From: Mobula hypostoma
Taxonomy: Eukaryota
Length of the DNA: 64,000 nt
Direction: 5' to 3'
Assembly (NCBI RefSeq): GCF_963921235.1
Contig: NC_086108.1
Location: 56,174,001-56,238,000 of the forward strand
The notes under the pieces: generated by a model
Database searches by the model: none
What the model was told of the DNA's origin: nothing
Seen by the model: the letters and a program-made list of their open reading frames with translations, nothing else
Part shown: positions 55,601-64,000 of the stretch, in pieces
Layout of the letters: the number at the start of each line of letters is the position of its first letter
How positions within the stretch are numbered: position 1 is the stretch's first letter
Translations under genes and position numbers: made by a program

Positions 55601-58600
55601 ACTACGTCATCACCACTTACGCAGTGACTGTCCTAAATGAAATTCACCACTCCACTAAGACTGTCCTGTATCATCACCACTCCACAGGAACTGTCCTATA
55701 TCATCACCACTCCACAGAGACTGTCCTAAATCATCTTCACCACTCTACAGAGACGGTCATACATCATCACTCCACTGAGACTGTCCTATATCATCACCAC
55801 TGCATCGAGACTGTCGTATATCACCACCACTCCACAGAGACTGTTGAACTTCCTCACCACTCCGCCGAGACTGTCCTAAATTATCACCACTCCACAGAGA
55901 CTGTTGTGCATCCTCACTACTCCACCGAGACTGTCCTAAATTATCACCACTCCACAGAGACTGTTGTACATCCTCACTACTCCACCGAGACTGTCCTAAA
56001 TAATCACCACTCCACAGAGACTGTTCTATATCACCACCACTCCACAGAGACTGTTGAACTTCCTCACTACTCCACCGAGACTGTCCTAAATTATCACCAC
56101 TCCACAGAGACTGTTGTACATCCTCACTACTCCACCAAGACTGTCCTAAATTATCGTCACTCCACAGAGTCTGTTCTATATTATTACCACTCCACAGAGA
56201 ATGTCCTAAATCATCACCACTCTACAGAGACTGTCCTATATCACCACCACTCCACAGAGATTATCCTACATCATCACCACTCTGTAGAGACTGTCCAATA
56301 TCATCACCACTCCACAAAGACTGTCCAATATCATCACCACTCCACAGAGACTGTCCTATATCATCAGCACTCCACAGAGACTGTCCAATATCATCACTAC
56401 TCCACTGAGACGGTCTAATATCATCACTACTCCACTGAGACTGCCCTATATCATCACCACTCCTCAGAGACTGTCCTAAATCATCACCACTCCACAGAGA
56501 CAGTCCTATATCATCACCGCTCCACAGAAACTGTCCTATATCATCTCCACTCCACTGAGACTGTCCTATATCATCACCACTCCTCAGAGACTGTCCTATA
56601 TCATCACCACTCAACAGAGACTATCCTATATCATCACCACTCCACAGAGACAGTCCTATATCATCACCGCTCCACAGAAACTGTCCTATATCATCTCCAC
56701 TCCACTGAGACTGTCCTATATCATCACCACTCCTCAGAGACTGTCCTATATCATCACCACTCAACAGAGACTATCCTATATCATCACCACTCCACAGACA
56801 CTGTCTGATATTATCACCACTCCACTGAGACTGTACTACGTCATCACCACTTACGCAGTGACTGTCCTAAATGAAATTCACCACTCCACTAAGACTGTCC
56901 TATATCATCACCACTCCACAGCAACTGTCCGATATCATCACCACTCCACAGAGACTGTCCTAAATCATCTTCACCACTCTACAGGGACGGTCATACATCA
57001 TCACTCCACTGAGACTGTCCTATATCATCACCACTGCACCAAGACTGTCGTATATCACCACCACTCCACAGAGACTGTTGAACTTCCTCACCACTCCTCC
57101 GAGACTATCCTAAATTATCACCACTCCACAGAGACTGTTGTACATCCTCACTTCTCCACCGAGACGGTCCTAAATTATCACCACTCCACAAAGACTGTTG
57201 TACATCCTCACTACTCCACGAGACTGTCCTAAATTATCACCACTCCACAGATACTGTTCTATATCACCACCACTCCACAGAGACTGTTGTACATCCTCAC
57301 CACTCCTCCGAGACTGTCCTAAATTATCACCACTCCACAGAGACTGTTGTACATCCTCACTACTCCACCGAGACTGTCCTAAATTATCATCACTCCACAG
57401 AGACTGTCCTATATTATTACCACTCCACAGAGACCGTCTTATATCACCACCAACCCACAACGACTGTTGTACATCCTCACCACTCCACCGAGACTATCCT
57501 AAATTATCACCACTCCACAGAGACTGTTCTATATCATCACAACTCCAGCAAAATTGTCCTATATCATCAACACAGAGACGGTCCTAAATCATCACCACTC
57601 CACAGAGACTGTCCGATATCATCACCACTCCACAGAGACTTTCCTATATCATCACTACTCCACTGAGACTGTCCTATATCATCACTACTCCACTGAGGCG
57701 GTCTAATATCATCACTACTCCACTGAGACTGCCCTATACCATCACCACTCCTTCAGAGACTGTGCTATATCATCACCGCTCCACAGAGACTGTCCTATAT
57801 CATCACCACTCCACTGAGACTGTCCTAAATCATCACCACTGCTCAGAGACTGTCCTATATCATCACCACTCAACAGAGACTATCCTATATCATCACCACT
57901 TACACAGTGACTGTCCTAAATCATCTTCACCACTCTACAGAGACGGTCATACATCATCACTCCACTGAGACTGTCCTATATCATCACCACTGCACCGAGA
58001 CTGTCGTATATCACCACCACTCCACAGAGACTGTTCAACTTCCTCACCACTCCGCCGAGACTGTCCTAAATTATCACCACTCCACAGAGACTGTTGTGCA
58101 TCCTCACTACTCCACTGAGACTGTCCTAAATTATCACCACTCCACAAAGACTGTTGTACATCCTCACTACTCCACCGAGACGGTCCTAAATTATCACCAC
58201 TCCACAGAGACTGTTGTGCATCCTCACTACTCCACCGAGACTGTCCTAAATTATCACCACTCCACAGAGACTGTTGTACATCCTCACTACTCCACCGAGA
58301 CTGTCCTAAATAATCACCACTCCACAGAGACTGTTCTATATCACCACCACTCCACAGAGACTGTTGAACTTCCTCACTACTCCACCGAGACTGTCCTAAA
58401 TTATCGTCACTCCACAGAGTCTGTTCTATATTATTACCACTCCACAGAGAATGTCCTAAATCATCACCACTCTACAGAGACTGTCCTATATCACCACCAC
58501 TCCACAGAGATTATCCTACATCATCACCACTCTGTAGAGACTGTCCAATATCATCACCACTCCACAAAGACTGTCCAATATCATCACCACTCCACAGAGA

Positions 58601-61600
58601 CTGTCCTATATCATCAGCACTCCACAGAGACTGTCCAATATCATCACTACTCCACTGAGACGGTCTAATATCATCACTACTCCACTGAGACTGCCCTATA
58701 TCATCACCACTCCTCAGAGACTGTCCTAAATCATCACCACTCCACAGAGACAGTCCTATATCATCACCGCTCCACAGAAACTGTCCTATATCATCTCCAC
58801 TCCACTGAGACTGTCCTATATCATCACCACTCCTCAGAGACTGTCCTATATCATCACCACTCAACAGAGACTATCCTATATCATCACCACTCCACAGAGA
58901 CAGTCCTATATCATCACCGCTCCACAGAAACTGTCCTATATCATCTCCACTCCACTGAGACTGTCCTATATCATCACCACTCCTCAGAGACTGTCCTATA
59001 TCATCACCACTCAACAGAGACTATCCTATATCATCACCACTCCACAGACACTGTCTGATATTATCACCACTCCACTGAGACTGTACTACGTCATCACCAC
59101 TTACGCAGTGACTGTCCTAAATGAAATTCACCACTCCACTAAGACTGTCCTATATCATCACCACTCCACAGCAACTGTCCGATATCATCACCACTCCACA
59201 GAGACTGTCCTAAATCATCTTCACCACTCTACAGGGACGGTCATACATCATCACTCCACTGAGACTGTCCTATATCATCACCACTGCACCAAGACTGTCG
59301 TATATCACCACCACTTCACAGAGACTGTTGAACTTCCTCACCACTCCTCCGAGACTATCCTAAATTATCACCACTCCACAGAGACTGTTGTACATCCTCA
59401 CTTCTCCACCGAGACGGTCCTAAATTATCACCACTCCACAAAGACTGTTGTACATCCTCACTACTCCACGAGACTGTCCTAAATTATCACCACTCCACAG
59501 ATACTGTTCTATATCACCACCACTCCACAGAGACTGTTGTACATCCTCACCACTCCTCCGAGACTGTCCTAAATTATCACCACTCCACAGAGACTGTTGT
59601 ACATCCTCACTACTCCACCGAGACTGTCCTAAATTATCATCACTCCACAGAGACTGTCCTATATTATTACCACTCCACAGAGACCGTCTTATATCACCAC
59701 CAACCCACAACGACTGTTGTACATCCTCACCACTCCACCGAGACTATCCTAAATTATCACCACTCCACAGAGACTGTTCTATATCATCACAACTCCAGCA
59801 AAATTGTCCTATATCATCAACACAGAGACGGTCCTAAATCATCACCACTCCACAGAGACTGTCCGATATCATCACCACTCCACAGAGACTTTCCTATATC
59901 ATCACTACTCCACTGAGACTGTCCTATATCATCACTACTCCACTGAGGCGGTCTAATATCATCACTACTCCACTGAGACTGCCCTATACCATCACCACTC
60001 CTTCAGAGACTGTGCTATATCATCACCGCTCCACAGAGACTGTCCTATATCATCACCACTCCACTGAGACTGTCCTAAATCATCACCACTGCTCAGAGAC
60101 TGTCCTATATCATCACCACTCAACAGAGACTATCCTATATCATCACCACTTACACAGTGACTGTCCTAAATCATCTTCACCACTCTACAGAGACGGTCAT
60201 ACATCATCACTCCACTGAGACTGTCCTATATCATCACCACTGCACCGAGACTGTCGTATATCACCACCACTCCACAGAGACTGTTCAACTTCCTCACCAC
60301 TCCGCCGAGACTGTCCTAAATTATCACCACTCCACAGAGACTGTTGTGCATCCTCACTACTCCACTGAGACTGTCCTAAATTATCACCACTCCACAAAGA
60401 CTGTTGTACATCCTCACTACTCCACCGAGACGGTCCTAAATTATCACCACTCCACAGAGACTGTTGTGCATCCTCACTACTCCACCGAGACTGTCCTAAA
60501 TTATCACCACTCCACAGAGACTGTTCTATATCACCACCACTCCACAGAGACTGTTGAACTTCCTCACTACTCCACCGAGACTGTCCTAAATTATCGTCAC
60601 TCCACAGAGTCTGTTCTATATTATTACCACTCCACAGAGAATGTCCTAAATCATCACCACTCTACAGAGACTGTCCTATATCACCACCACTCCACAGAGA
60701 TTATCCTACATCATCACCACTCTGTAGAGACTGTCCAATATCATCACCACTCCACAAAGACTGTCCAATATCATCACCACTCCACAGAGACTGTCCTATA
60801 TCATCAGCACTCCACAGAGACTGTCCAATATCATCACTACTCCACTGAGACGGTCTAATATCATCACTACTCCACTGAGACTGCCCTATATCATCACCAC
60901 TCCTCAGAGACTGTCCTAAATCATCACCACTCCACAGAGACAGTCCTATATCATCACCGCTCCACAGAAACTGTCCTATATCATCTCCACTCCACTGAGA
61001 CTGTCCTATATCATCACCACTCCTCAGAGACTGTCCTATATCATCACCACTCAACAGAGACTATCCTATATCATCACCACTCCACAGAGACAGTCCTATA
61101 TCATCACCGCTCCACAGAAACTGTCCTATATCATCTCCACTCCACTGAGACTGTCCTATATCATCACCACTCCTCAGAGACTGTCCTATATCATCACCAC
61201 TCAACAGAGACTATCCTATATCATCACCACTCCACAGACACTGTCTGATATTATCACCACTCCACTGAGACTGTACTACGTCATCACCACTTACGCAGTG
61301 ACTGTCCTAAATGAAATTCACCACTCCACTAAGACTGTCCTATATCATCACCACTCCACAGCAACTGTCCGATATCATCACCACTCCACAGAGACTGTCC
61401 TAAATCATCTTCACCACTCTACAGGGACGGTCATACATCATCACTCCACTGAGACTGTCCTATATCATCACCACTGCACCAAGACTGTCGTATATCACCA
61501 CCACTCCACAGAGACTGTTGAACTTCCTCACCACTCCTCCGAGACTATCCTAAATTATCACCACTCCACAGAGACTGTTGTACATCCTCACTTCTCCACC

Positions 61601-63879
61601 GAGACGGTCCTAAATTATCACCACTCCACAAAGACTGTTGTACATCCTCACTACTCCACGAGACTGTCCTAAATTATCACCACTCCACAGATACTGTTCT
61701 ATATCACCACCACTCCACAGAGACTGTTGTACATCCTCACCACTCCTCCGAGACTGTCCTAAATTATCACCACTCCACAGAGACTGTTGTACATCCTCAC
61801 TACTCCACCGAGACTGTCCTAAATTATCATCACTCCACAGAGACTGTCCTATATTATTACCACTCCACAGAGACTGTCTTATATCACCACCAACCCACAA
61901 CGACTGTTGTACATCCTCACCACTCCACCGAGACTATCCTAAATTATCACCACTCCACAGAGACTGTTCTATATCATCACAACTCCAGCAAAATTGTCCT
62001 ATATCATCAACACAGAGACGGTCCTAAATCATCACCACTCCACAGAGACTGTCCGATATCATCACCACTCCACAGAGACTTTCCTATATCATCACTACTC
62101 CACTGAGACTGTCCTATATCATCACTACTCCACTGAGGCGGTCTAATATCATCACTACTCCACTGAGACTGCCCTATACCATCACCACTCCTTCAGAGAC
62201 TGTGCTATATCATCACCGCTCCACAGAGACTGTCCTATATCATCACCACTCCACTGAGACTGTCCTAAATCATCACCACTGCTCAGAGACTGTCCTATAT
62301 CATCACCACTCAACAGAGACTATCCTATATCATCACCACTTACACAGTGACTGTCCTAAATCATCTTCACCACTCTACAGAGACGGTCATACATCATCAC
62401 TCCACTGAGACTGTCCTATATCATCACCACTGCACCGAGACTGTCGTATATCACCACCACTCCACAGAGACTGTTCAACTTCCTCACCACTCCGCCGAGA
62501 CTGTCCTAAATTATCACCACTCCACAGAGACTGTTGTGCATCCTCACTACTCCACTGAGACTGTCCTAAATTATCACCACTCCACAAAGACTGTTGTACA
62601 TCCTCACTACTCCACGAGATTGTCCTAAATTATCACCACTCCACAGAGACTGTTGTACATCCTCACTACTCCACCGAGACTGTCCTAAATAATCACCACT
62701 CCACAGAGACTGTTCTATATCACCACCACTCCACAGAGACTGTTGAACTTCCTCACCACTCCACCGAGACTGTCCTAAATTATCACCACTCCACAGAGAC
62801 TGTTGTACATCCTCACTACTCCACCGAGACGGTCCTAAATTATCACCACTCCACAGAGACTGTTGTACATCCTCACTACTCCACCAAGACTGTCCTAAAT
62901 TATCGTCACTCCACAGAGTCTGTCCTATATTATTACCACTCCACAGAGACTGTCCTAAATCATCACCACTCTACAGAGACTGTCCTATATCACCACCACT
63001 CCACAGAGATTATCCTACATCATCACCACTCTGTAGAGACTGTCCAATATCATCACCGCTCCACAGAGACTGTCCAATATCATCACCTCTCCACAGAGAC
63101 TGTCCTATATCATCAGCACTCCACAGAGTCTGTCCTATATCATCACTACTCCACTGAGACGGTCTAATGTCATCACTACTCCACTGAGACTGCCCTATAT
63201 CATCACCACTCCTCAGAGACTGTCCTATATCATCACCACTCAACAGAGACTATCCTATATCATCACCACTCCACAGACACTGTCCGATATTATCACCACT
63301 CTACTGAGACTGTACTACGTCATCACCACTTACCAGTGACTGTCCTAAATGATCTTCACCACTCCACTAAGACTGTCCTATATCATCACCACTCCACAGC
63401 AACTGTCCGATATCATCACCACTCCACAGAGACTGTCCTAAATCATCTTCACCACTCTACAGGGACGGTCATACATCATCACTCCACTGAGACTGTCCTA
63501 TATCATCACCACTGCACCGAGACTGTCGTATATCACCACCACTCCACAGAGACTGTTGAACTTCCTCACCACTCCACCGAGACTGTCCTAAATTATCACC
63601 ACTCCACAGAGACTGTTGTACATCCTCACTTCTCCACCGAGACTGTCCTAAATTATCACCACTCCACAGAGACTGTTGTACATCCTCACTTCTCCACCGA
63701 GACTGTCCTAAATCATCACCACTCCACCGAGACTGTCCGATATCATTACTACTCCACTTAGACTGTCCTATATCATCACCAGTCCACCGGGACTGTCCAA
63801 AATCATCACCACTCCACTGAGACTGTACTATATCATCACTACTCCACTGAGACTGTCCTATATCATCACCACTCCACAG
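16696..63879. repeat. ~47 kb tandem satellite/minisatellite array, 30-bp monomer CACCACTCCACAGAGACTGTCCTATATCAT
   Basis: 30-bp periodicity is directly visible throughout. Variants include CTAAAT/CTATAT/CGATAT and GTTGTACATCCTCACTAC, with occasional 24, 27, 28, 29 and 33 bp units. Both junctions with unique sequence lie inside the window. Confidence 0.98.
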
Positions 63880-64000
63880 TTAATGTCCAGTTTCTTTCCA
63901 ACTTAGAAAACTTAGTTTTCGAACATGAGTAAGACCCTGACTATCACATTAGGTCAGGCAAGTACTGCCAGTTAATGGGATCATACAATCAAGCGGGAAA

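Noticed and set aside
16891..63761. His-rich, SSPLHRDC and WSGDDIGQSL ORFs as real genes
   Set aside because: They occur in several frames and on both strands, switch frame at 28/29-bp monomers, often start at non-ATG codons, and show no exon structure. This is expected from a stop-poor 30-mer.
16696..63879. CRISPR array (30-bp repeats)
   Set aside because: Monomers are head-to-tail with no unique spacers, there are no cas genes, and the context is a spliced vertebrate gene.
16696..63879. C2H2 zinc-finger or PRDM9-type coding minisatellite
   Set aside because: The period is 30 bp rather than 84 bp, and no frame gives CxxC...HxxxH spacing or TGEKP linkers.
16696..63879. Telomeric repeat, Chi site or strong G-quadruplex array on the G-rich minus strand
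   Set aside because: No TTAGGG tracts. GTGGAGTGGTG only loosely resembles Chi, and the consensus has GG pairs but no GGG runs.
63907..63932. Candidate terminal exon right after the array (tttctttccaacttag|AAAAC...)
   Set aside because: It would encode ENLVFEHE*, which is not similar to the expected C-terminus. Such acceptor-like sequences are common by chance.

Overview
Eukaryotic (vertebrate) genomic DNA, most likely a cartilaginous fish, inferred from its CR1, Rex1/Babar, Penelope-like and V-SINE repeats. Bases 1-16.6 kb hold five phase-compatible GT-AG coding exons (+ strand) encoding the C-terminal mu-homology domain of SGIP1 (FCHO/SGIP1 family). Their introns are filled with decayed retroelements and one Tc1/mariner-type non-autonomous element nested in a Rex1 tail. 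From about 16.7 kb to 63.9 kb there is one ~47 kb array of a 30-bp monomer (consensus CACCACTCCACAGAGACTGTCCTATATCAT, roughly 1,570 copies). The array has layered higher-order repeats: ~3.9-4.2 kb, ~5.5 kb within a 10-11 kb super-duplication, and ~2.2 kb. I could not find the short terminal SGIP1 exon before the array, so the satellite may lie in the last intron. The many His-rich ORFs in the track are best explained as by-products of the repeat. Family assignments come from recalled motifs, not database searches, and repeat boundaries are approximate.
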